In this document: positions 28,578 through 37,731 of the stretch, piece after piece
How positions within the stretch are numbered: the stretch's first letter is position 1
How the letters are laid out: each line of letters begins with the position of its first letter
Source: Polyangiales bacterium
GTDB taxonomy: Bacteria > Myxococcota_A > Polyangia > Polyangiales > Polyangiaceae
Direction of reading: 5' to 3'
Length of the DNA stretch: 64,000 nucleotides
Assembly (NCBI GenBank): GCA_038231275.1
Contig: JBBRLQ010000029.1
Span: 37,675 to 101,674 of the forward strand
Position numbers and translations under genes: made by a program
Notes under the pieces: model-generated
The model's input: the letters and a program-made list of their open reading frames with translations, nothing else
Database searches by the model: none
Told to the model about the DNA's origin: nothing

Positions 28578-30104
28578 ATGCGCGCCGCTCGCCACGTCAG
28601 CGTCCTGACCCTGACCGCGTTGCTCGCGCTCGGCGTCGCGTGCAGCTCCAGCTCCTCGCCGCCCGGAGACACGCCGCAAGACGGCGGGCTCGACGCCCCG
28701 GCCGACGCGACCGTCGCGGACGCGTGCCCGGCCAAGGGATGTCGGCCGCCCGCTTCGTGCACCGACGGCGTCAAGAACGGGGGCGAGACCGACGTGGACT
28801 GCGGCGGCGCGACCTGTCCCAAGTGTGTGACTGGGAGCGCGTGCGCGATCGGCGCCGACTGCGCGTCCGGGCGGTGCGCCGGCAAAGTGTGCGACGTCAC
28901 GTCGTGTGGCGACGGCGTGAAGAACGGCGACGAGTCCGACGTCGACTGCGGCGGCAGCTGCGTCGCGCGGTGCACCTCCGGCCACGCGTGCGGCAAGCCC
29001 GAGGACTGTACGAGCCTCGTGTGCACGGTCGGCAAATGCTCCACCGCGACGTGCGCCGACGGCGTGCGCAACGGCGCCGAGAGCGACGTGGACTGCGGCG
29101 GTTCGTGCTCGGCGTGCGCACTCGGGAGCCTCTGCATCACCGGCACCGACTGCGTGAGCACGATTTGCGCGAACCGCTGCGTCGAGTGCGTGAAGGGCAC
29201 CGACTGTCCGAAGCGCGTCTGCGAGAAGAACGCGTGCGTCGGGTTGCCCGCGCCTCCACCGAGCTGCGCGGGCCTCGCCGCCACGTGCGGTACGGCGGCC
29301 GCGACCGACTGCTGCGACGCGCCGACCGTCACCGGCGGCACGTTCTTCCGCAGCTACGACGCGACGTACTTCATCGACAACACGCGCCCCGCGACGGTCG
29401 CCGACTTCGTGCTCGATCACTTCGAGACGACCGTGGGGCGCTACCGCAAGTACGTCGCCGCCTACCCCGGCAACCGCCCCGCGGCGGGCAGCGGCGCCAA
29501 CCCTTCGAACGTGGGCGACGTCGGCTGGGACGCGGCGTGGACGGCGAACCTGCCGGCGACGCAGGCGCAGCTCATGGTGAACCTCTCGCAAGCCTCGTGC
29601 GGCGGCTCCACGTGGACCGACGCGGCCGGCGCGAACGAGAACAAGCCGATCAACTGCCTCACCTGGTACGAAGCGCTCGCATTCTGCATCTGGGATCAGG
29701 GCCGCTTGCCGACCGAGGCCGAGTGGAACTACGCGGCGGCGGGCGGCACCGATCAGCGCATCTACCCATGGCCGAACAAGGCGCCCGAGATCGCGCCGAC
29801 CGACGCGCTCTATTCCCCCGCACCGATCGGCAACGTCGGCTCGCTCGTCGCGGGGACCGGAAAGTACGGCCAGCAAGATCTCGGCGGGAACGTGTGGGAG
29901 TGGGTTCAAGACGGCTACGCGACGCCATACGCCACGCCGTGCGTGAACTGCGCGAACCTCGGCGTGACCGCGCTGCGCGTCCTCCGGGGCGGCAGCGTGA
30001 ACCCTGCCGAGCCATCGACCGTGCTGCGCGCGGGCTACCGCGGCTCCGTCGATCCGGCGAACCGCTACTTCGATCAGGGCGTGCGCTGCGCGCGCGCGAA
30101 GTGA
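28578..30104 (+). CDS. Lipoprotein with Cys-rich repeats and FGE-sulfatase (SUMF1-like) domain
   Basis: GVAC lipobox; 3x CxDGV(K/R)NGxE(T/S)DVDCGG; RLPTEAEWNYAA, DLGGNVWEW, GVRCAR. Confidence 0.9.
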   Translation: MRAARHVSVLTLTALLALGVACSSSSSPPGDTPQDGGLDAPADATVADACPAKGCRPPASCTDGVKNGGETDVDCGGATCPKCVTGSACAIGADCASGRCAGKVCDVTSCGDGVKNGDESDVDCGGSCVARCTSGHACGKPEDCTSLVCTVGKCSTATCADGVRNGAESDVDCGGSCSACALGSLCITGTDCVSTICANRCVECVKGTDCPKRVCEKNACVGLPAPPPSCAGLAATCGTAAATDCCDAPTVTGGTFFRSYDATYFIDNTRPATVADFVLDHFETTVGRYRKYVAAYPGNRPAAGSGANPSNVGDVGWDAAWTANLPATQAQLMVNLSQASCGGSTWTDAAGANENKPINCLTWYEALAFCIWDQGRLPTEAEWNYAAAGGTDQRIYPWPNKAPEIAPTDALYSPAPIGNVGSLVAGTGKYGQQDLGGNVWEWVQDGYATPYATPCVNCANLGVTALRVLRGGSVNPAEPSTVLRAGYRGSVDPANRYFDQGVRCARAK

Positions 30105-30108
30105 TCCG

Positions 30109-31311
30109 TTACTCCGCGTTGATCCAGGTCGTCACGCCGTCGATGAAGGCTTGGGGAGTACAAAGCTGCACGCCGGCGTCGGTCGTCGTCTGCGCAGGAC
30201 ACACGTCGCGGACCGGGTGCGACGGATCGCCGCCGGCCTGACCGGTGGGCGTCTGGAGGAGCTGGCTCTTCGTCGGATCCTTGGGGAGGATGCGGTGCAG
30301 GACCTGCTGGCACGCCGCGGCGGGATCGGTGTCGAGGAGCGACAGGTCCATCGCCGACTTGCCCGCGGGACTACCGCCGGAGTGGCACGACTGGCACGTG
30401 TTGCCGCTCCCGAGATCGAGCTTGAACGAGGGGACGGCGCTCGCGGTGAACGCCGTGAGGTTCGCGCAGGACACGCCGGGTCCCGCGTCGTCGGGGAAGA
30501 CCGCATCGAAACGGTTGAAGACGATCTTGAGCTTGCCGGCGGGATCCCATTTCGTGAGGACCGAGGAGCCGCCGAAGAAGTCCACGGTCTGGCCGTTCGG
30601 GACGTCGAGGGTTCCCCCGAAGCCGGCGCTCGTGTCGGTGATGGTCGGCCCACTGGCCGGAACGATCACGTAGAACGGCGCCTCGAGGTGCAGCGCCTTG
30701 GGGAAGGGCGCCGTGATCTTCATGTTGAGGATCGTGAGGATCTTGCCGCTCGAGGTGGCGTCGAACGTGAGCTTCGTGCCCGCGAGGCCGCCCGCGAGCG
30801 CCGATAGATCGATCTCGTTGGCGCCGGTCTTCACGGGCACCGCGTCGGTCGCCGGAAGCTTCGCGCCGCGCGCGGCGACCTCCGCGACGACCCACTCGCG
30901 CACGCGATCGAAGAGCGACTTGGTGTCGATGAGCGCCGGCCCCTCGTGGACGACCTGCGTGACGAGCTTCGAGTCGAGCGGATCGTTGCTCGCAGGGATG
31001 TTCCCCGGATAGTCCTTGCACGACGTGTAGGCGTCGGGTCCGGCGAGCCACTTCGGCGCGTTCATGAACGTGCCGTTGACGTGGCACTGCCCGCCCGCGC
31101 CGCCGCACGTCGCGACGAGATCGGCCTCGAGCGCGTGGAACATCCCCGGCGGATCGGTGGGCGTGACGCTGCCCTCCACCGTCGCCGCGTCACCACCGTC
31201 GCCGCTAGGCCCGACGTTGTTCGTCGATTTCGAGCTGCACGCGGCCGCGGTCCCCAGCGCCGCGACGATCCCGAGCGCCACCGCGAAGGTGCGCGATACG
31301 ATAAGACTCAT
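30109..31311 (-). CDS. Lipoprotein, putative c-type cytochrome
   Basis: AAAC lipobox; CQSCH heme motif and atypical CGGAGGQCH. Confidence 0.7.
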   Translation of the reverse strand: MSLIVSRTFAVALGIVAALGTAAACSSKSTNNVGPSGDGGDAATVEGSVTPTDPPGMFHALEADLVATCGGAGGQCHVNGTFMNAPKWLAGPDAYTSCKDYPGNIPASNDPLDSKLVTQVVHEGPALIDTKSLFDRVREWVVAEVAARGAKLPATDAVPVKTGANEIDLSALAGGLAGTKLTFDATSSGKILTILNMKITAPFPKALHLEAPFYVIVPASGPTITDTSAGFGGTLDVPNGQTVDFFGGSSVLTKWDPAGKLKIVFNRFDAVFPDDAGPGVSCANLTAFTASAVPSFKLDLGSGNTCQSCHSGGSPAGKSAMDLSLLDTDPAAACQQVLHRILPKDPTKSQLLQTPTGQAGGDPSHPVRDVCPAQTTTDAGVQLCTPQAFIDGVTTWINAE

Positions 31312-31388
31312 CGAGCCAAAGAATACGATGGCCTCGAGGAGGGCGCGAGCGGCGTGCGCCGTTTTCTTCGTGATTCAGGCGCCGTTCA

Positions 31389-31458
31389 GGACCTGACCTG
31401 AACCGGTCAGGCATTTCCGTTCAGGAACGTTTCGCTCCGCTGCGCTCGTTTTACTCAG
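31389..31458 (-). repeat. REP-like element copy 2
   Basis: CCTGACC..CCGGTCAGGC + CAGGAACGTTTCGCTCCGCTGCGCTCGTTTTACTCAG. Confidence 0.85.
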
Positions 31459-31530
31459 GGCCCGACCGGAAAAACCGGTCAGGCCCTTCCGTCAGGAACG
31501 TTTCGCTCCGCTGCGCTTCGCTTTACTCAG
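31459..31530 (-). repeat. REP-like element copy 3 (tandem with copy 2)
   Basis: GACCGGAAAAACCGGTC hairpin + CAGGAACGTTTCGCTCCGCTGCGCTTCGCTTTACTCAG; includes stop of 31527-32204. Confidence 0.9.
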
Positions 31531-32204
31531 TGATGGCGCGCCGTCGCCGTCTTGACCGCGAACGAGGCCGAGCGGCTCGTACGATCCTCGCTCGGCGCGT
31601 CCAGCGTCTTCACGACGTGCGCCTTGTGGATCGCCGTCGCCGACGCCGTGGGATCTTCGGTCTCCGACGCCGACGCAACCGCCACGCGCACGAGCGCGAT
31701 CAAGCAGAGCCCCGCGCAACCGGCGACGATGCCCTTCACGTACTTCGTCAGGCGCGCGCGACGCATCGTGACGGCGGGCGTCAGCTTCGCGAGCGCGAGC
31801 GGATCGGGCGCGGGACCAAACGCGTCCCACGTGCCGATGCTCAGGAAGGATTTGCGCGGCGACGAGGCAGGCGCAGGCGGCAGCGACGCGACCGCCTCGA
31901 CCCTCGCGAGTGCAGGCGGCGGCGGAGGGGGAGGGGGAGCGACGACGATGGGAGCGACGACGACCGGCGCGACGACGACCGGCGCGACGACGACCGGCGC
32001 AGGGGCGGGAACGACGGGAGCGGCAATCGTAGGAGCCTCCACCTTCACGGCTTGCGGAGCCTTCGGCGGCGACGGCCGTGACGCGGGAGCCGGCGGAACC
32101 GCGGGCGCGGCGGCGGCCGGCCGGACCGACGGGGGCTTGGGCGCAGCGCTCGGGCGGGGCGGGGTCGGAATCTTTGCGGGCGAAGCGCTGGTCGGGTCGG
32201 CCAT
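31527..32204 (-). CDS. Pro/Ala/Val-rich single-TM hypothetical protein
   Basis: Low-complexity N-terminus with APVVV repeats; TM IVAGCAGLCLIALVRVAVA. Confidence 0.7.
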   Translation of the reverse strand: MADPTSASPAKIPTPPRPSAAPKPPSVRPAAAAPAVPPAPASRPSPPKAPQAVKVEAPTIAAPVVPAPAPVVVAPVVVAPVVVAPIVVAPPPPPPPPALARVEAVASLPPAPASSPRKSFLSIGTWDAFGPAPDPLALAKLTPAVTMRRARLTKYVKGIVAGCAGLCLIALVRVAVASASETEDPTASATAIHKAHVVKTLDAPSEDRTSRSASFAVKTATARHH

Positions 32205-32219
32205 GATGGAACATCCATC

Positions 32220-32235
32220 AGCAAGCACCGCGCCA
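32220..32235 (-). promoter_or_regulatory. sigma54-like -24/-12 promoter
   Basis: TGGCGCGGTGCTTGCT, near-consensus TGGCACG-N4-TTGCT. Confidence 0.7.
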
Positions 32236-32386
32236 GGGCACCTTCCGTCATCGCGGGACGTGTTGAGACGTGTTTTTTAGGTCTTGGCGGTCCGCTGGTA
32301 CCACTCGCTTCCACCGTCGCCGTCCACCCAGTGGATCGCGGTGAATCCATCCTGCGGGCAACCGCCCTCGGCTACTCTTTGCCACC

Positions 32387-33490
32387 ATGAGCGCGTCACC
32401 GTTCGCATTCGGGCCCAGCGCTGTGGTCTGCGTCGAGGGCAAGGAGCTCCTTGTCTACGATCCCGACGACGAGGCGCCGCTGTGGAAGAAGGCCCTCGCC
32501 GCGCCGATCGCGGCGGTCGCGGTCGCCGGCGATCACGTCCTCGCGCTCGACGCGCGAGGGACGCTCGTGCGCCTCGCCGTGGAGGGCGGCGCCGAAGAGG
32601 CGAAGGAGACGTTCATTGGTGAGCCGCGCGCGCTCGCAGCGCGGACCGCCGAGTCGTTCGCCGTCGCGCTCGAGGACGGCGTCGTCGTGGTGACCGGCGA
32701 GTCGCGCGTGACCCTGCCGATCGACGGTGCACGCGCGCTCGCGTTCTCTGCGAAGCTCCTCGCGATCGGCACCGAGGCGGGCGCGCTGCGGATCGTCGAC
32801 GGTCATACGACGGTCGCGGAGGCCGAGCTCGGCGCGCCGATTCGCGCGCTCGTTCGCCACCCCGCGGGGGTCTGGCTCGCCGCCGCGAAGGACACCGTGT
32901 TCGTGGTGAAGGACGACGGCGAGGCGACGCCGTTCACGCGGCCCACGGGCAAGTCACTCGCCGGGCTCGCGTGCGCGAAGGACGGCTCCCTCGTCGCGCT
33001 CCAGACCGACGCGCGCGTCGTCACCGTGGTCGCGTACCCGTCGAAGGAGACCGTCGGCACCGCGACCTACCCGGAGAGGGACGCCGCCGGCGTCGCGCTG
33101 ACCGACGACGGACGCTTCCTCTGGATCGGTATCGACAAGGGAGACGCGAACAAGATCGATCTCGACGAGCACGACGTCTACCGCACGGACCCGCACCCGG
33201 GCCGCGTGCGCGCCGCGTGGGTCCTGAAGGTGAAGATCGATCGCGCGGCGCGTGCCCGCGCGAAGGCGCACAAGGAGAGCGGCGCGACCAAGGCGGCCCC
33301 GAAGCCCGCCGCGCGCGCGACGACGACAGAGGCTCCCGCCGCGGCAGCGGTCGCGGAGGCGCCGATGATCCCGAGCGGACCACCCGAGCCCGAGATGCCG
33401 CCGAGCTCGGCCGCCGACAAGCGCGTCGTCCTCGGTGTCCTCTTCGCGGCGGCGGCGATCGGCATCCTCTCGCTCTTCGTCGGACGCTGA
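32387..33490 (+). CDS. Beta-propeller (WD40-like) protein with C-terminal TM anchor
   Basis: Repeated short beta blades (ARALAFS, IRALVRHP, LAGLAC); C-terminal hydrophobic helix. Confidence 0.7.
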   Translation: MSASPFAFGPSAVVCVEGKELLVYDPDDEAPLWKKALAAPIAAVAVAGDHVLALDARGTLVRLAVEGGAEEAKETFIGEPRALAARTAESFAVALEDGVVVVTGESRVTLPIDGARALAFSAKLLAIGTEAGALRIVDGHTTVAEAELGAPIRALVRHPAGVWLAAAKDTVFVVKDDGEATPFTRPTGKSLAGLACAKDGSLVALQTDARVVTVVAYPSKETVGTATYPERDAAGVALTDDGRFLWIGIDKGDANKIDLDEHDVYRTDPHPGRVRAAWVLKVKIDRAARARAKAHKESGATKAAPKPAARATTTEAPAAAAVAEAPMIPSGPPEPEMPPSSAADKRVVLGVLFAAAAIGILSLFVGR

Positions 33491-33541
33491 GTTTTTGGCC
33501 CTCCTACACTCACCTACATACGCTGTGCAGCGGAGGTTCCC

Positions 33542-33961
33542 ATGCGACCGACGCTGCTCCGCCACTTCCAGAGGCAGACCCTACGGCGCTGTGTGCGCGT
33601 CGAGTGCCAGATCGTACGCGAGCACGACTTCGCGCTGATCGGCACGAGCGCCATCGATCTCTCCGCGCGCGGGATGCTCGTCGAGACGAACGAGCGGGTG
33701 CTGACCGGTGAAGAGGTCATCGTCTCGTTCCGCTCGCCGCGTCGTCGCGCCTGGTACGACGCGCAGGCCACCGTGGCGCGCGTCATCCACGGCCGACGTC
33801 CGTACGACACCGGGCGCTTCCTCGGGATCCACTTCGACGTCTTCGACGAGGCGCAGGCCTGCGCGCTGCGCGCCGATTTGCGCGGGCTCCCGCCGCCATT
33901 CCCCAAGCGCGAGCTGCGCATCGACTACGCCGCGAGCGTTCGCAACTTCCTCACGCACTGA
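33542..33961 (+). CDS. PilZ domain protein
   Basis: RQTLRR (RxxxR) and DLSARG (DxSxxG); GGAGG RBS. Confidence 0.85.
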   Translation: MRPTLLRHFQRQTLRRCVRVECQIVREHDFALIGTSAIDLSARGMLVETNERVLTGEEVIVSFRSPRRRAWYDAQATVARVIHGRRPYDTGRFLGIHFDVFDEAQACALRADLRGLPPPFPKRELRIDYAASVRNFLTH

Positions 33962-33978
33962 CCTCGGAGAAGACCACG

Positions 33979-34410
33979 ATGGCCACCTTCGTCTACCGCA
34001 CCCGCCGCCAAGAGATCCGTCGCGCTCATGTCATGGAGTGCCACGTCGTGCGCGATCGCGACTTCCGTGAGGTCGGGGGGAGGGTGCTCGACCTGTCGCC
34101 CAACGGGATGCTCGTCGGCGTCGACGACGCGGTCCAAGTTGGAGAGACGGTCCTCGTCAGCTTCCGCGCGACGCCGCTCAACTTGTGGTTCGACACCGAC
34201 GCGACCGTCACGCGCCTGCTCCGCGGACGGCGGCCCGGAGATCCTTCGGGGATGGCGCTCGGGCTGGTGTTCACGTCGCTCGATCCGGTCGCGCGCCTCA
34301 TCCTGCGTGGATTTTTGCGTCACGTGCCGCCGCCGCTCCCGCGACGCGACCTGGTGATCGATTACGCGCGCACGGTGGGGAGAATCCTATCCATGCCCGC
34401 CGCCGCGTAG
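33979..34410 (+). CDS. PilZ domain protein (paralog)
   Basis: RQEIRR and DLSPNG; same layout as upstream gene. Confidence 0.85.
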   Translation: MATFVYRTRRQEIRRAHVMECHVVRDRDFREVGGRVLDLSPNGMLVGVDDAVQVGETVLVSFRATPLNLWFDTDATVTRLLRGRRPGDPSGMALGLVFTSLDPVARLILRGFLRHVPPPLPRRDLVIDYARTVGRILSMPAAA

Positions 34411-34466
34411 CGCGCGCGGCGTCACGTTCCCGGGTGATTTCGCGCGGGGTGGCCCGCGCCGGTCGA

Positions 34467-34482
34467 CGGCACGCCCGCTGCT
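34467..34482 (+). promoter_or_regulatory. sigma54-like -24/-12 promoter
   Basis: CGGCACGCCCGCTGCT, 17 nt before TTG start. Confidence 0.55.
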
Positions 34483-34498
34483 ACTGGAGATCCGGGTC

Positions 34499-35377
34499 TT
34501 GCGCCCGCTCCACCCGAGTTGGATTGTTCTCGCAGCGCCGTCTTTGGCGCTCGCCGTCGCATGCGGTGCCGCGACGCCGCAGGTCGAGCAAGAGGGGCCG
34601 CGCGTCACCGCCAACCTCGGCGCGAGCGGCGGCGCGAAGGACGGCGCGGGCGGCGGCAGCGGAGCGGGGAGCGGCCGCCTCGCGCGCGCCTCGTCGAGCC
34701 GCAAGACGCTCGACACCGGCTGCCCGTCGGAGATGGCGCCGATCGATCAACGCTCGGGCCGCTTCTGCATCGATCGCTGGGAGGCCGGCCTCGTCGACGT
34801 TCTCGGCGCCGGCGACGAACGCCCGCACTCTCCGTACTACCCCGTCGGCACCAGCGTCGTCCGCGCGGTGAGTCGACCGGGCGTATTTCCCCAAGGGTAC
34901 GTCAGCGCGGTCGAGGCGCAGCAGGCGTGCGTCCGCTCCGGCAAGCGATTGTGTCGCCCGTCGGAATGGCGCAAGGCCTGCCTCGGCCCCGACACGCTGG
35001 TCTACGGCTACGGGAGCCGCGCCGAGCCGCGCCGCTGCAACGATCACGGACGGAGCCCCATCCTCGCGACGTTCGGCCCGCAGGCGTTCGCGCCGAGCCG
35101 CCACGCGTGGGACTTCATGAACACGCCCTCGCTGAACCAGCTCGACGGCACGCTCGCGAAGACGGGCGATCACCCCGGCTGCACGAACGGCTACGGCGTC
35201 TACGACATGGTCGGCAACCTCCACGAGTGGGTCGCCGATCCGAAGGGCACGTTTTACGGCGGCTACTACCAGGACACGCGGCAGCACGGCGAGGGGTGCA
35301 CGTACACCACCGAGGCGCACGCGGCCTCGTACCACGACTACTCGACAGGCTTCCGCTGCTGCGCCGACACGCACTGA
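34499..35377 (+). CDS. FGE-sulfatase domain lipoprotein
   Basis: AVAC lipobox; FCIDRWE, GKRLCRPSEW, YDMVGNLHEW, GFRCCAD. Confidence 0.88.
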   Translation: MRPLHPSWIVLAAPSLALAVACGAATPQVEQEGPRVTANLGASGGAKDGAGGGSGAGSGRLARASSSRKTLDTGCPSEMAPIDQRSGRFCIDRWEAGLVDVLGAGDERPHSPYYPVGTSVVRAVSRPGVFPQGYVSAVEAQQACVRSGKRLCRPSEWRKACLGPDTLVYGYGSRAEPRRCNDHGRSPILATFGPQAFAPSRHAWDFMNTPSLNQLDGTLAKTGDHPGCTNGYGVYDMVGNLHEWVADPKGTFYGGYYQDTRQHGEGCTYTTEAHAASYHDYSTGFRCCADTH

Positions 35378-35449
35378 TGAGTGCAGCGAAGCGCAGCGGA
35401 GCGAAACGACTGCGGACGGAGAGGCCTGGCCGGCTGTTCCGGTCAGGCC
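35378..35449 (+). repeat. REP-like element copy 4
   Basis: TGAGTGCAGCGAAGCGCAGCGGAGCGAAACG...GGCCTGGCCGG..CCGGTCAGGCC directly after a TGA stop. Confidence 0.85.
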
Positions 35450-35470
35450 TCGAGTGGAGCGAAGGTCCGG

Positions 35471-36085
35471 TTAGTCCTTCGATTCGCCGTCGTTCTCGTT
35501 CTCGCTGTCGCAGCCGTCGACCTCGTTCGGCGCGTTGCGCTGTCCGACGGCCATCTCCTTCGTGGCGTCGGCGCGGTTGTCGGGAGTGTCCGCCTCGGGC
35601 GCTCCCTTGCCGCCGCCCACCGAGCCGTCGTCGCAGCTCGACGTCTCGTCGTCCTCGATCTCACCGTCGTGCTTGCCGCCGCTCGCGGAGGGCGCGCTGA
35701 CGACGAAGCCGCTGGAGGGCGCGTTCGGTATGTAGCGCACGGTGCCGAGCGCGACCTTGGCTCCCTTGCTCTTGATAGTGAACGTCGTGTCGAGCGCGCC
35801 GGTCGTACGCGGGAAGACCATCGGCACGTTCGCCTGACCCGCGAGCGTGACCTTGTACGCGTGCCCGTGAGGCAACGTCAGCGTGAACGTGCCGTCTGCG
35901 GAGATAGGCACCATGCGAGCGGCGCCAGTCTCGTCGACGGCGCGGACTTGCGTGGGGGCGTTCGGGAACGTCGACAGCGCCGCGCTTCCGCTCATCACGG
36001 TCTCGGCGGCAGGGTGCGACTTCGCCGCGCAGGCGGTGATCAACGAGACTGTGGCAAACACGGCGAGGGGAGTGACGTTTCGCAT
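35471..36085 (-). CDS. Lipoprotein with beta-sandwich domain and acidic tail
   Basis: LITAC lipobox; ADGTFTLTLP; D/E-rich C-terminus. Confidence 0.75.
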   Translation of the reverse strand: MRNVTPLAVFATVSLITACAAKSHPAAETVMSGSAALSTFPNAPTQVRAVDETGAARMVPISADGTFTLTLPHGHAYKVTLAGQANVPMVFPRTTGALDTTFTIKSKGAKVALGTVRYIPNAPSSGFVVSAPSASGGKHDGEIEDDETSSCDDGSVGGGKGAPEADTPDNRADATKEMAVGQRNAPNEVDGCDSENENDGESKD

Positions 36086-36183
36086 GCCCCTATGGTCGTG
36101 CCGGAGCACGCTCAGGTTACCGAAATCGCCGCCCCGGACTGGTCAAGATGCGTGCCGGCACCACGCTCTCGGCGCTTGGCGCT

Positions 36184-37506
36184 TCAACGCGCTGCATTGT
36201 CCGTAAAGAGCTCGCGGCCGATGACGTCCAATGGAGCGTCGCCGAAGGACGCCCACGCGTCCGCGCGATCGCGGACGTGCGCGGGGCCGTTCGCGAGGAG
36301 GAGCACGACAGTCGCCGCGCCGCCGATGGGGCCGACCGGGTGCGTCGCGGCCTCGCGGAGGACAAGGGCCTCGGCGGCCGGCTCGATGCGCGCGATGAGG
36401 GGACTTCGCGCACGCACCGTCGCAGGGTCGCGCTGATCGCCGTGCAGATCGACCGCCCAGGCGCCGGCGGTGACGAGATCGTGCAGCACGATCAAGCTGA
36501 CGAGCTCGGCGAGCTCCGACTCCGCCTCGCGCGCGCCGAACACCGCGGCGCACACCCACGCCCGCTCCGGTGGAGGCGCGAGCGCGCGCATGCTGCTCAT
36601 CGACGCGATCACCGGACACTCCGGGGCGCGCGCGACCTTCACGCCCGCCATGCGCCGCACCTCCTCGGCCCCCTCGGGCCCCAGCACGGCGAACGCCACG
36701 TCGAGCTGCGCGGCCAGGCGGCCTCGCGCTCCCGCGAACGCCGAGCGCAGCTTTGCCTCTCCGCTGACGACGCCGACGTGGACGCGCAAGGGACGTGCGA
36801 CGTCCTCCCACCCGCGAAGATCGAACGGCGCGACGCGGAGGACCGCGAGCTCTTCGTGCAGGCGCCGCGCCGCCGACTCCGCGCGGGGGGCCGGCGCGCG
36901 CTCGATCGCCTGCGCGAGATCGTCCAGCGCGTCCATGAGATCGTCCCGCTCCATCGCCGAGAGCGCGTTCGGCGCGAGCGCGCCCCTCACCTGATCAAGG
37001 CGCCACGCCACGAGCGACTCCGTCGTGCCGCGCTCGGTCGCGCTCTCGAGCGACGGCCAGCTCACTGCGAGCGCCCGCAGCAGATCGGCGGCCGACGCGG
37101 GGAGGCGCCGCTCCTGATCGAGCCGCGCCTCCTCCTCGTCGATCAGCCGAAGGAGGAGCTCCTGCTCGATCCGATGCTCGGTGAGGGGACCCGCGTTGGG
37201 CAGGAGATCCTTGGGGATCGCGCAGCGCTGCGCTTCGCCGAGCACGTCCTCGTGGCCGCGGCGGCGCATGTCGAAGAGGAACGGATCGGTGAACCGCCCG
37301 CGAACGCCCGTGCGTCGCGAGAACCGCCCGGCGATCCGCGCGTCGGTCCGCGCGAGCATCCCGAGGAGCACCGGCTCGGCCCTCCGGAACGCCCCCGCGT
37401 ACGACAACAGCCACTCGTCGATCGATGCGGCGGCGCGGGGCGGCTCCTTCGGCTGCGCGACGCACGCAGAGAGCACGGCCGCAATGAGGATGAGGTGAGC
37501 CCGCAC
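36184..37506 (-). CDS. Hypothetical helical lipoprotein
   Basis: GTG start, VRAHLILIAAVLSAC lipobox. Confidence 0.65.
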   Translation of the reverse strand: MRAHLILIAAVLSACVAQPKEPPRAAASIDEWLLSYAGAFRRAEPVLLGMLARTDARIAGRFSRRTGVRGRFTDPFLFDMRRRGHEDVLGEAQRCAIPKDLLPNAGPLTEHRIEQELLLRLIDEEEARLDQERRLPASAADLLRALAVSWPSLESATERGTTESLVAWRLDQVRGALAPNALSAMERDDLMDALDDLAQAIERAPAPRAESAARRLHEELAVLRVAPFDLRGWEDVARPLRVHVGVVSGEAKLRSAFAGARGRLAAQLDVAFAVLGPEGAEEVRRMAGVKVARAPECPVIASMSSMRALAPPPERAWVCAAVFGAREAESELAELVSLIVLHDLVTAGAWAVDLHGDQRDPATVRARSPLIARIEPAAEALVLREAATHPVGPIGGAATVVLLLANGPAHVRDRADAWASFGDAPLDVIGRELFTDNAAR

Positions 37507-37731
37507 GCGCCTTGGACAGAGGGTCGTGTGCGTTCTTGGGCCGCGCGCGTCGTTGCGCTCCGTCAACGTCTTGACGTCGCACTCCCCACCACCAAAATTC
37601 GTCCTTAGGTTTACTTGGAGCCTTTCGCGGGTGATGCTCATTACCGTAGGCAACACCAGTACCCGCGTACCTCCTTCAGCGTCCTCGCTTCAGCTTAGAG
37701 CGACCACGAACCTCGCGGAGGTGGGCACGCC

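Noticed and set aside
31389..31530. Possible mini-CRISPR array
   Set aside because: Only two tandem units, the 'spacers' are themselves conserved hairpins, other copies are dispersed, and no cas genes are present
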